Below are positions 38,597 through 47,716 of a stretch of 64,000 nt of DNA, in pieces. Made by a program: the position numbers and the translations under genes. The notes under the pieces were generated by a model. The model worked only from the letters and a program-made list of their open reading frames with translations. It did not search any database and had not been told where the DNA came from. Source of the DNA: an uncultured Planctomycetaceae bacterium (lineage in GTDB: Bacteria > Planctomycetota > Planctomycetia > Pirellulales > UBA7805); the NCBI GenBank assembly GCA_964385715.1, contig CAYLRE010000002.1, positions 1,427 through 65,426 on the forward strand, read 5' to 3'. Numbering within the stretch: the first letter of the stretch is position 1; every line of letters begins with the position of its first letter.

Positions 38597-38915
38597 GGAA
38601 AGATTCAGCGTGCCCCCATCGTGCCCAAGAAAAGAGATCTCATCGCCCTGCCTTGAATTCTATCACAACTGCGGCATTTCCCCTTGCCCTTTCCGCAATT
38701 CTTGCGGTTACCATGGAGACTTCGGCCAGGCTCCGGTTGCGACCGCCTGGTGGTGTGGTTCCGGCACACATTTTTCGTGGGCATACGATTCCACGGGGGG
38801 TAATTCGCTCATGCGACTCGATTTCTTGGCCTGTTGACGACAACTTTTTTTGCTTAGCGTGGAGTGCGGCGGGACAGATGGCCAGCGACGCGACGTCGTG
38901 TGAGCCACTCACGCA

Positions 38916-39494
38916 TTAAGCCACATGCTCGCCGCAGCGGGGGCAGATTTTGGTGTGTGGACCGTTCTCGCAACTGCAGTTGGGACAAGGCACGACAATC
39001 GTTTGCGAACGAGCCAACCAGCGCTGATGTTCCTGGAAATGAATCACGTTAGGTGTTCGCAGGGCAAAGGCGCAGGCACTGAAAGCAAACGTCCAGATTA
39101 TCAAGAGAGGTAACTGGATGATTCCCATCTGATTGCCTTCTTTCACAATCACAACGGCCATAAACAACACGAATAGCCACAGCAATACCATCAGCAGTAG
39201 CCGTGCCCAATTCTGTCCCTTGTAGATTAAAACGAGTAACGCGACCTCGAGTCCGATTCGAACCAGATCGTATCGCGTTGCGAGCGACCCGCTGGCAAGC
39301 ATCGAGAACAGCATGATGAACAGGCTGAAACCAAGTACCACCAATGCCACCGTGACCACCGTCACGTGGCCACGCTGCACGGCCCCTTCGTCGGCCTCGA
39401 AGGCGGCGTCCTGGAATGCATCCTCCGGCCGATCATCCGGGTCGGTCGCCGGCGTCTCATAGGGATTGATCATGGTTCGCTCCCACGGCTTCAT
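38916..39494 (-). CDS. Hypothetical membrane protein with a C-terminal zinc ribbon
   Basis: 192 aa: an acidic N-terminus, about 4 TM helices, and a C-terminal CPNCSC...CPRCG. The start overlaps the upstream stop as ATGA (39491-39494). Confidence 0.6.
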   Translation of the reverse strand: MKPWERTMINPYETPATDPDDRPEDAFQDAAFEADEGAVQRGHVTVVTVALVVLGFSLFIMLFSMLASGSLATRYDLVRIGLEVALLVLIYKGQNWARLLLMVLLWLFVLFMAVVIVKEGNQMGIIQLPLLIIWTFAFSACAFALRTPNVIHFQEHQRWLARSQTIVVPCPNCSCENGPHTKICPRCGEHVA

Positions 39495-40015
39495 TCCCGG
39501 TTAGATGCAGACTGCTGCTGCCAGAATTCCAAGGCAGCGACAATTTGATCGACGTCATCTTCCGCGTAGAACAATTTTAAGTTCTCGTGTACCAGACCAA
39601 CAAACCGGGCGACGCAGGCTGCCTGTGCTGGCGAAAGCACTTTGGCGATTCTCTTTCGCTCCTTACGGTGCGTGAGCGTACTAACCAGGTGGATGCTCGG
39701 CGTATCCATGAAGGGCCCTGTCTCCCGCACATGGTACAGCAAATAAGAAGCAAGATAATACTTGCTCGCCGCCAGCGTCATGTAGACGAACGGGGCGTCT
39801 TCACAGCGACTCGGACAGCCAGGGGCGATCTCGTCGAAGTGCTTGTCGGCGAAGCGGCGAACGATATCCTCGTCCTCCGGGCAGCCGGATTCGGCCAGAT
39901 TCGACGCGTCCGGTATTTCCTCATCCGCCCAGGCGGCGAGTATCTGCTGTTCAAATTCCCGGCAGACATCCGGGGATAGATCCGAAGGTTTGTTATTCAC
40001 CATGTACACTAGCAT
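39491..40015 (-). CDS. Hypothetical soluble protein
   Basis: 174 aa, acidic and Cys-containing, with no recognisable family. Translationally coupled (ATGA) to the downstream membrane/zinc-ribbon gene. Confidence 0.55.
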   Translation of the reverse strand: MLVYMVNNKPSDLSPDVCREFEQQILAAWADEEIPDASNLAESGCPEDEDIVRRFADKHFDEIAPGCPSRCEDAPFVYMTLAASKYYLASYLLYHVRETGPFMDTPSIHLVSTLTHRKERKRIAKVLSPAQAACVARFVGLVHENLKLFYAEDDVDQIVAALEFWQQQSASNRE

Positions 40016-40093
40016 CGACCATAGATATCCGCTCGGCTCAACTTACCGATTTTTCAAGACGTCGCCCATTGGACAGTCCTCGGTCCCATCTCC

Positions 40094-40708
40094 TTAGTCG
40101 GCAAGATACCAGGCGGCGTAACCGTTCGCAAAACTCACGGTCCCGTCTTCATTAAAGACAAAGGACAATTCGCCCTTGTCGACTTTGTATTCGAGGCAAA
40201 GATAGTCCTCGTCTTTATCTTCCTCGACGTTCGTCGGAGTCCCAAACATCTCTTCGACGTCCGCCCGCGTTGACTCCGCACTCAGCGGAACCTCGCGACC
40301 ATGAAACAGCATCTTGCCGGGAAACGAACTGTCTGCCATGGAACCGGTGTACCAATGCAGCACGAATTCACAGATGCCCCGCGTCTCGAAGGCCATGATC
40401 ACAAGCCCAAGATCGTCGTAGTCAAAGTGTTGATGCTCGCCCGTGATCACTTCCGTGGCGGGACCAAGGCGCAGATCACCTAGTCGCCGGGCCGATTGCC
40501 CAACGCCAACTCCGTTCAACGTAAGTTCGCCTAGGTCGAATTCGAGCCGGGGCTTCGGATCACGCGACCAAGAACGGGACACGCTTGCTCGCCCCGTCAG
40601 GCGGTAGAACAGATTCGCCAGCCAGCCGTCCCTCTTTTGGACGATCTTGCTCTGGACTTTCCGGTCCTCGTCACCAAAACGTTTTGGCTGCATGTCTGCC
40701 TCCGTCAT
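40094..40708 (-). CDS. Hypothetical soluble protein
   Basis: 204 aa with beta-rich character and no recognisable family. It is co-directional, 132 nt downstream of the DUF1549/DUF1553 gene. Confidence 0.5.
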   Translation of the reverse strand: MTEADMQPKRFGDEDRKVQSKIVQKRDGWLANLFYRLTGRASVSRSWSRDPKPRLEFDLGELTLNGVGVGQSARRLGDLRLGPATEVITGEHQHFDYDDLGLVIMAFETRGICEFVLHWYTGSMADSSFPGKMLFHGREVPLSAESTRADVEEMFGTPTNVEEDKDEDYLCLEYKVDKGELSFVFNEDGTVSFANGYAAWYLAD

Positions 40709-40840
40709 CGGTGACCTCCGTGTCTTACGCGAGTTCCGAAAGAATGACCAGCACCCATGCGCGCACGTTCACCCCATCCAACGCGACAGTAGAACGTGTA
40801 CAGCAGTTGCTGCGGATCGCAAAACGCTCCGCAGCTACCA

Positions 40841-43800
40841 CTACCGATTGAAGTAGAACGCCGGGCTGTTGATCAACGCCCACACCAGATCCTGGGCTCC
40901 AACGAGTCGCGGATTGGCGGCCATCTGCTCGTGGATCACAAGCTGCTCGGCCAAGCGGCGGTACTCGTCATCCTTGCCGCGGAAGTAGCTCGTCAGGCGA
41001 CGACGCTGCTCCACGGTTCGCTCCGCCGGCGGAACTCGGAACACGCGAGCCACCATGTCGGGCAAGCCTGCTCCGGCCAGGTTGGCATCGCTGCGGAAGA
41101 AGAAGCCGGTGTTGCCGTAACCGTTGTTGATCTTGATGAGCAGCGTGTTGCGACCTTCTTTGAGGGTCACTTCCACGCGATCGTCGTCACGACGGACCGG
41201 GCGACCGATCTTGTTCTTGTGAACTTCCTTGCGGTTGAGCCAGACGCGGATACCGTCATCGCTACCAAAGAACAACGTCACCTTACGTTCCTTGGGCGAC
41301 TCGAGCAAACGAACCATATAGTTCGCCGAGTTATCGCCATCGAGCTTGATGATCGTGTTGTCCTTGTAGTCCTCACGTTCCATCCACGTCTTGCCGTTCA
41401 CCGGACGGGTCAGAAGGATGTACTTCGTCTCCGGGAAGAACGATTTGGCAAAGGCCTCGTTGGCGTCCTTCGCCTGCAGCGGGCCAAGGCGGAACCAAGG
41501 ATTGAACTTCACCTCGCCATCGGCGCGCTTGGAGTACTTCTCTTCCCAAACGGGTTGCTCGGCATCGAGTCGTTCGATCGACTTGGCGATTGCGTCACGA
41601 GTGGCAATCAAGGCACTGTCGTCGAGCGGCGTCTGCAAGAGTCGCACGCTGGCCTCAAGTTCTCGCCGCGTAGCGGGCCGATTGAGGACTCGCATGTAGA
41701 TGGAGTTGACGACCGCCTCATCGTCCTTGGTGTTGGCGACCAGCTTGGTGATCGCGTTGTCCGGATCGATGATGGCGTTGTTGACCGTCGGACCCATGAT
41801 CAGTTTCATGACCGGGCCTAACATCACGCCGGTGGTTCGCTCGCATTCGCAAGCACTTTCTCGCGGCGGACGACCGAACTGATCGAGGAAGCCGTCTTCC
41901 AGCTTGTCGCCAGGATTGACCATTTCCGCGGCCCGCGATCCGGCCGGCAAACCTGGCAGACGAGCCACTGTACCGGTCACGCGGTGCAGTGTGTCGTAGA
42001 GCACTTCGGCCGGCAGGCGTCGAGCCTTGGCTTTGGTGTAATTGACCGTATCCCCTTCGTTCCACTCGTTTCCGGAGACGCTCAGCTGATAGGTACGCGA
42101 CTTACAGATGTCGGTCATCAACTGCCGGACATTGAAGTTGCTGGCCACGAAACGACGGGTCATTTCATCGAGCAACTCTGGATTGGTCGGCGGGTTACCG
42201 GCACGAATGTCATCGACCGGCTCAATCAAACCAACACCCAATAGATAGCTCCAGATGCGGTTCACATAGGCACGGGCGAAGTAAGGATTCTCTTTATGCG
42301 TCATCCAAGCGGCCAATCGCTCCCGTCGCGATTGGGCGTTGGCATCCTTGGCGACCGTCGGCAGAATCGTTCGCGAGTTCACACCTGCAGCATCCCAATA
42401 GACGGTTCCGTCGTACTGGGCGAAGCTCATGCCTTGAACCGTGGCCCCCTTGGCCAGACCGACCTTCTCGGCGTCGACTTCCAGACGAACCCACTTTCCA
42501 CTTTCCGGAAGATCGCCCACGCGAACACGACCGGCGTCGTTTTGAGCGACATCGGTAAACGGCAGTAGAGCTTCACCCCAATAGGCGCGGTGCTCCCAGC
42601 TACCGTCGTCGAATTGCAGCATCAGCTGCTTCGGCGGGTTGTCCGGATCAAGATAGACATAGGCATACAGTTTGTCGCCATCTCGCATCGTCACGGCGCG
42701 AGAAGCTTGATGGAAGTAATGCTGGCGGATTCCCTCGCCCGACTGACGACGCGAGTACTTTCCGCGGTAGACGGGAGCCTTGCTCGAATCGACAAAGTCC
42801 CAGACGCCTTCGGTGACACCGCCGTTGTCCTGCGAATCGTTGATCCAATCGAGATCGGTCCGAATCGCTTCACGCTTCTCGCCGGCACCTGCCTGATCCG
42901 CACTCTCGCGAATGAAATCGGCAAAGGCGTACGGGAATTTTGGCGGCGTAATGGCGCCGGTGCGATCGTGCGTGATGTCACCTTCGTCCTTGTCATAGAT
43001 CACTTCCACGAGCGGCTGACGTTCTTCCACGGCGGATCCGCCGATCGTCTTGCCCTTGTACATCGGATCGCCGCGACGATCGACTTGGGCGAAGTAAGCG
43101 GCCAGGTCGTAATACTGATCCTGCGTCCAACGCTCGAACGGATGATCGTGGCACTTGTTGCAGTTGAAGCGAATCGACAGGAACAACTGTGTGGTGTTCT
43201 CCATCGTGTTGGCCGGATCACGAAGCGTCTTGTAGTAGGCGGCCGGCGGATTCTCGCGAGTCGACCCCTTCGCGGTCAGCACGTCGTAGACGAACTGATC
43301 GTAAGGCATGTTCCCTTCAACCGCGTGGCGAATCCACTTTCGCAAGTCCGAGGCACCACCGCGGCCAAGCACCTTGGCGTTGACCTGCAGCATGTCGGCC
43401 CATTTGTTGGTCCAGTGATCGACGAAGTCGGGATTGCCCACCAGCTTGTCGACGAGTTCGTCGCGCTTGATGCGGCGATCGCGTTCATCGGTCAGGAACT
43501 TCTCGACTTGCTCCGACGTCGGCGGCAAGCCGGTCAGATCGAGATAAAGACGACGCACGAACTCGGCGTCGGTGCAGACGTCGCTCGGCAGCACCTTCAC
43601 CTTGCGTTGTTTCTGATAAACGAGCTTGTCGACGTAGTTGTAGGCCGGCACACCAGGCCAGGCGTAGCCGGTGCGGTCGCCCATCACGTAGATCGGCGTG
43701 GCCGCGTAAGATCCCTCGTAGCGAGCGAGCACCGCCGCTTCACCACGACGCAAAGCGGTAACGAGGCCAGCCTTGTCGATCGAAAGAATTTCAATGTCGC

Positions 43801-44641
43801 TCGGCTCGATGAATGCTTCGCTGGTCACGTCGCGAGTTGTTCCATCGGCGTAGGTGGCGATGACCTTCATCTGCTGGGCCATCTCCGGCAGCGGAATGGT
43901 CGCGTCCTTAGGCAGGATATCGATCTTCACCGCGCGGGCGTCGTTCACGTCGAACGTGGAACCGTCGGCGATCCAGCTCTCAAGAATTTCATAATACGAT
44001 TCGCCCGGCGACATCAGCACGCCACCTTGATGCGGTACCGCGCCGGCCGGCTTGAGCAACATCAGGCTCTGCTCTGGAGCGGCCCGATTGAAACGGCGAC
44101 CGGCCACGTCGTCGGTCAGCGAGCGAATATCGTAGACCGGATCGTATCCGCGAAGCGAAAGCTTGAAACCATTTTTGCCGTCTTTAGCACCGTGGCAGGT
44201 TCCTTGGTTGCAACCTAGCTTGCCCAACACCGGCTGAACGTCGGTGATGAAGCTCGGGTGATAAGGTGCATCGTAGCCGGTCACGTTCACAGCCAGTTCC
44301 ACCGACTGATCGCCTAGCTCAAACTTGACCGCACCCGATCCATCGCCCAGCGGCGTGACCAGGCCGGTCTTGGAAACAGCAACCGCGCCACATTCGCCGG
44401 TCTGCTTCACGAAGCGAGTGATGTCGATTGTCTCGCCGGTGGAAAGCGTACCGGTGAAGAGCAGTTGTCGGTAATCGTGCCGATGTTCCAGCTCGACCGA
44501 GGTCGGATCGACCGTGATCTTGGTCAGCTTCTTGGGAATCGCGGCGAGGTACTTGTCCTTGGTGACCGCCTGGGCCGACGGGCTGGCGGCCAACGAAGCG
44601 ATCAGGACACATACTGCTAGACCGACAGTACGAAACGACAT
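40841..44641 (-). CDS. Giant DUF1549/DUF1553 (PSCyt2/PSD1-type) planctomycete protein with extra domains
   Basis: Signal peptide MSFRTVGLAVCVLIASLAASPSAQA. GCNQGTCHGAKDGKNGFKLSLRGYDP and RFNCNKCHDHPFERWTQDQYY are DUF1549-type motifs. DQFGRPPRESACECERT and the C-terminal LVWALINSPAFYFNR are DUF1553-type. Start is ATG 44641. Confidence 0.85.
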   Translation of the reverse strand: MSFRTVGLAVCVLIASLAASPSAQAVTKDKYLAAIPKKLTKITVDPTSVELEHRHDYRQLLFTGTLSTGETIDITRFVKQTGECGAVAVSKTGLVTPLGDGSGAVKFELGDQSVELAVNVTGYDAPYHPSFITDVQPVLGKLGCNQGTCHGAKDGKNGFKLSLRGYDPVYDIRSLTDDVAGRRFNRAAPEQSLMLLKPAGAVPHQGGVLMSPGESYYEILESWIADGSTFDVNDARAVKIDILPKDATIPLPEMAQQMKVIATYADGTTRDVTSEAFIEPSDIEILSIDKAGLVTALRRGEAAVLARYEGSYAATPIYVMGDRTGYAWPGVPAYNYVDKLVYQKQRKVKVLPSDVCTDAEFVRRLYLDLTGLPPTSEQVEKFLTDERDRRIKRDELVDKLVGNPDFVDHWTNKWADMLQVNAKVLGRGGASDLRKWIRHAVEGNMPYDQFVYDVLTAKGSTRENPPAAYYKTLRDPANTMENTTQLFLSIRFNCNKCHDHPFERWTQDQYYDLAAYFAQVDRRGDPMYKGKTIGGSAVEERQPLVEVIYDKDEGDITHDRTGAITPPKFPYAFADFIRESADQAGAGEKREAIRTDLDWINDSQDNGGVTEGVWDFVDSSKAPVYRGKYSRRQSGEGIRQHYFHQASRAVTMRDGDKLYAYVYLDPDNPPKQLMLQFDDGSWEHRAYWGEALLPFTDVAQNDAGRVRVGDLPESGKWVRLEVDAEKVGLAKGATVQGMSFAQYDGTVYWDAAGVNSRTILPTVAKDANAQSRRERLAAWMTHKENPYFARAYVNRIWSYLLGVGLIEPVDDIRAGNPPTNPELLDEMTRRFVASNFNVRQLMTDICKSRTYQLSVSGNEWNEGDTVNYTKAKARRLPAEVLYDTLHRVTGTVARLPGLPAGSRAAEMVNPGDKLEDGFLDQFGRPPRESACECERTTGVMLGPVMKLIMGPTVNNAIIDPDNAITKLVANTKDDEAVVNSIYMRVLNRPATRRELEASVRLLQTPLDDSALIATRDAIAKSIERLDAEQPVWEEKYSKRADGEVKFNPWFRLGPLQAKDANEAFAKSFFPETKYILLTRPVNGKTWMEREDYKDNTIIKLDGDNSANYMVRLLESPKERKVTLFFGSDDGIRVWLNRKEVHKNKIGRPVRRDDDRVEVTLKEGRNTLLIKINNGYGNTGFFFRSDANLAGAGLPDMVARVFRVPPAERTVEQRRRLTSYFRGKDDEYRRLAEQLVIHEQMAANPRLVGAQDLVWALINSPAFYFNR

Positions 44642-44974
44642 AGGAAAACTCTCCGTGCGAGATAACTGTAAAGTTGGCAGGTAATGGGGAGGTAGGCTCA
44701 GGCGGCGACCGCGCGCAGGCACGGCGCACTAGTAACCACGTCGCCCGGCACGGGCGCGCGGACTACCCAAGTCCCTTGATTATAACAGACTTACGTCCAA
44801 CTTGAAGCGTTTGGGAGGAATTGATGGGCGGCCGTCGAGCTGCCTGCGGACGAGTGCGCAGACAGTGGTCCTCAGTCAGTTCGCCCCCGACCGACCAACT
44901 ATCGACGTAAGTCTTCACATAACAACAACTTTTCGCGATCAATCAGCGGCCATAGATTGGCCGCCTCCCCGCCC

Positions 44975-45715
44975 TTACACCACCCGCAGACGCTCGCGGT
45001 CGAAGGCGTTGGCGATGAAGTCGACCGCCGCGGGGACCATGCGGCTGTAGTACTCGAAGCTGTGCCCGCCGCCGGTCGTTTCCATATCGCACGTGAACGG
45101 CACGCCGAGCGCCCCCATCTTCATGCGGAATCGCTCGCTGCTTTCATGCCAGCGGTGATCGGCCGGGTCGCAACAAAACCAGGTGTGTCGCGGCCAGTAG
45201 AGCGGATGAATGTGAAGCGTGGCCGTATCCTGGCGAGCCGCCTCGGCGTCGCGATACATCAGCGGCAGCGTCTCGTCCCCTTCGGCGAAACGGGTGTTGT
45301 AATCGATCGCCGGAGAGATCGCCGCGGAAATCGGGAACGTGTCGGGGTACTTCAAAGCCAGTCGCAGCGCCCCCTGCCCTCCCATGCTGGTTCCCATCAA
45401 GGCGATCCGCGGCACGTCGGCGCCGAACCGCCCGAGAATCTCGCCCATCACGTTCTGCCGCACATGCTGCTCGGCCGTAATCGTCTCATCGAACTCGGCA
45501 CAGATCAGATCGGTCCACCAGCTCCGCTGCGTCATGGGGGCGATGACCCGCAGACCGTGGGCATCGAAGGCCTCGGCAAAGGCCGGTTTGTCGACCAGCC
45601 GAGTCAGATGCACCCCATGCAGATAGATCACCGTATAGCCGTGAGGGCTCGGCTCGGCCGGCTCAAATACGTCGCAGGGGTGCGACGCCACTTCGATTTC
45701 GCTCCAGGTACCCAT
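44975..45715 (-). CDS. Alpha/beta-hydrolase esterase (putative esterase / esterase-D-like family)
   Basis: Nucleophile elbow GTSMGG, and YLHG before it. Start is taken at ATG 45715 (MGTWSEIEV) to leave a divergent promoter region; the track start is 45799. Confidence 0.75.
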   Translation of the reverse strand: MGTWSEIEVASHPCDVFEPAEPSPHGYTVIYLHGVHLTRLVDKPAFAEAFDAHGLRVIAPMTQRSWWTDLICAEFDETITAEQHVRQNVMGEILGRFGADVPRIALMGTSMGGQGALRLALKYPDTFPISAAISPAIDYNTRFAEGDETLPLMYRDAEAARQDTATLHIHPLYWPRHTWFCCDPADHRWHESSERFRMKMGALGVPFTCDMETTGGGHSFEYYSRMVPAAVDFIANAFDRERLRVV

Positions 45716-45834
45716 GATCGTAAGATGATACGGCACCGCCGGATGATTGTGGAGCGACCCCCGTTTGGGGCAGAATTGGAGCAACCGAGCACCGGCCAAG
45801 TGTGAGCGAATCGACCGACAACGAACCCATCACC

Positions 45835-46407
45835 ATGAAAACCCTCCTCACTGCCGAACAACTTGAACAGGGTGTCGACCAGCTGGCCGAGAAGGTAAGG
45901 GCTGACTACGCTGACCGGCCGCTCACGGTGGTGGGGGTGCTCACCGGCAGCGTCGTCTTGTTGGCCGATCTGATTCGCCGGCTCGACATGCCGCTCCGCG
46001 TCGGCTTGATTCAAGCCCGCAGTTACCGGGGCGCAGCCACGCGACCAGGGGAGCTGACGGTCAACGCCGACCTACTGCCGGACGTGAAGGATCGGGACGT
46101 TCTTCTGTTGGACGACATTTTCGACACAGGCCGCACCTTGGAACGACTCGTCCACGATGTGCGCGAGCTTGGCGCCAGCTCCGTGAAGTCGGCGGTACTG
46201 CTGCAAAAGGAAGGTCGCGCGGAAGTCGAACTGCGGCCTGACTACGTGGCCTTCGATATCCCGGATGAGTTCGTCGTAGGCTACGGTCTCGACTACCAGG
46301 ACGCCTACCGCAACTTGCCGTTTGTGGCGGCCTTGAGCGAAGCAGAAATCTCATCGGCCCAAGCGTCGACCTCCACGGCGGATGAGCCTGGCAAGGAGGC
46401 ATCATGA
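45835..46407 (+). CDS. hpt: Hypoxanthine(-guanine) phosphoribosyltransferase
   Basis: VLLLDDIFDTGRTL is the PRPP-binding motif, and FVVGYGLDYQDAYRNLPFV is the Hpt C-terminal motif. Start is ATG 45835 or GTG 45802. The stop overlaps the next gene as ATGA. Confidence 0.88.
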   Translation: MKTLLTAEQLEQGVDQLAEKVRADYADRPLTVVGVLTGSVVLLADLIRRLDMPLRVGLIQARSYRGAATRPGELTVNADLLPDVKDRDVLLLDDIFDTGRTLERLVHDVRELGASSVKSAVLLQKEGRAEVELRPDYVAFDIPDEFVVGYGLDYQDAYRNLPFVAALSEAEISSAQASTSTADEPGKEAS

Positions 46408-47672
46408 CGGCCGGCGCCACAACGGGACCTCGACTGGTACTCGTAACGCGGCGGTTCTGGCCGCTGGTGGGGGGAGCCGAACGGCAGATGGCGTCCCTCG
46501 CGGCCGAGCTTCGCAAGCTCGGTGCCGAGGTCACGATTCTTACCGCCCATTGGGATGTGCGTTGGCCGGCCGAGATCTCGCACCATGGTGTCCGCGTGGT
46601 GCGGCTGCCGAATCCGTCGCTGCGTGGCTGGGGAACGGTTCGTTACATGTTGGCCATCGGCCGCTGGCTTCAAACGCATCGCGACAGCTACGATCTGGTC
46701 TACGTCTCGTCGCTTCGTCACGATGCTTACGCCGCGATTTGTGCACGAGACTTAGGAGTCGGCACGGGCATGAACGCCAGCGGTCCTGCTCCGGTTGTGC
46801 TACGGGCGGAAGGCGTCGGCCAAACTGGCGATGTTCACTGGCAGCATACCGCCACGTTCGGCGGTCGCATCAGTCGGCGTTGTCAAAAGGCGGAAGCGAT
46901 TGTCGTGCAAAACTCTGTGGTGGACGAAGAACTCCGCACGGCCGGGTACCAGAGACTCAAGCGAATCAACAACGGGGTCGCCCTGCCGGCAGCGGCGCGA
47001 ACAGAGGAACAACGGGCCACCGCGCGAGCCGACCTTTCTTACGCCAATGCCGAGTTAACCGTAGCGGCCGGAGCCCCTGTGGCCGTCTATACCGGAAAAC
47101 TTCACGAAACCAAGGGCCTCGATGCCCTACTCGCCGCCTGGAAGCTGGTCATCGAACAGCAACCACGAGCTCGACTGTGGTTGGTCGGCGACGGCCCAGC
47201 AGCCCCCCACTTGGCCAACCGCATCGAGCGGCTCGGGCTGCGGCGGCGCGTGCAGCTGGCCGGCACCTTCGACGACGTCGATCAGTTCCTCAAGGCGGCC
47301 GATCTGTTCGTGCTGCCGTCGAGCGAAGAAGGAACCTCGCTTGCACTTCTCGAAGCGATGGCGGTCGGCCTGCCGGTTGTAGTCTCCGATATCGCCAGCT
47401 GCCGCCATGTGTTGGGAAATGAAGCTGATGGCGATGATTCGCCCGACAAAGACACTGAGCCAGAGACGGCCGAATCGCTAGAGAGTCTACTCGTCGAGAG
47501 CGGTAACGCCGATTCCCTGGCCGCGGCCGTGCTGCATATCTTCGATTCCCCGGAGACGGCCGCTCGCTGGGGCCAGGCGGCCCGACACCGGGTAGGCGAA
47601 GCGTTTTCGATTGCTAAGATGGCGGAGCAACATTTGCAGCTCTTCGAGCGATTGATCTCCGAGCAACACTGA
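46404..47672 (+). CDS. Glycosyltransferase family 4 (GT-B fold)
   Basis: LVLVTRRFWPLVGGAERQMASLAAEL is a GT4 N-terminal domain, and PSSEEGTSLALLEAMAVGLPVVVSD is the EX7E-type C-terminal motif. Confidence 0.82.
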   Translation: MTAGATTGPRLVLVTRRFWPLVGGAERQMASLAAELRKLGAEVTILTAHWDVRWPAEISHHGVRVVRLPNPSLRGWGTVRYMLAIGRWLQTHRDSYDLVYVSSLRHDAYAAICARDLGVGTGMNASGPAPVVLRAEGVGQTGDVHWQHTATFGGRISRRCQKAEAIVVQNSVVDEELRTAGYQRLKRINNGVALPAAARTEEQRATARADLSYANAELTVAAGAPVAVYTGKLHETKGLDALLAAWKLVIEQQPRARLWLVGDGPAAPHLANRIERLGLRRRVQLAGTFDDVDQFLKAADLFVLPSSEEGTSLALLEAMAVGLPVVVSDIASCRHVLGNEADGDDSPDKDTEPETAESLESLLVESGNADSLAAAVLHIFDSPETAARWGQAARHRVGEAFSIAKMAEQHLQLFERLISEQH

Positions 47673-47716
47673 TCCGCCAGCAAGTCTGACCTCCGATCTT
47701 CTGGCGAACGACAACT

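Noticed and set aside
38574-38912. ORFs of 66-90 aa on both strands in the 319-nt gap inside the five-gene cassette
   Set aside because: They have no start context, are Cys/Pro/Gly-rich or Arg-rich, and mutually overlap. I treat the gap as an internal promoter or spacer region.
40796-44218. Plus-strand ORFs of 341 aa (40796-41821) and 542 aa (42590-44218)
   Set aside because: Both are antisense to the DUF1549/DUF1553 gene, which carries several family-specific motifs. These are shadow ORFs.
46382-47422. 346-aa plus-strand ORF in an alternative frame of the first GT4 gene
   Set aside because: It is extremely Arg/Gly/Ala/Ser-rich, while the other frame gives clear GT4 motifs including EX7E.
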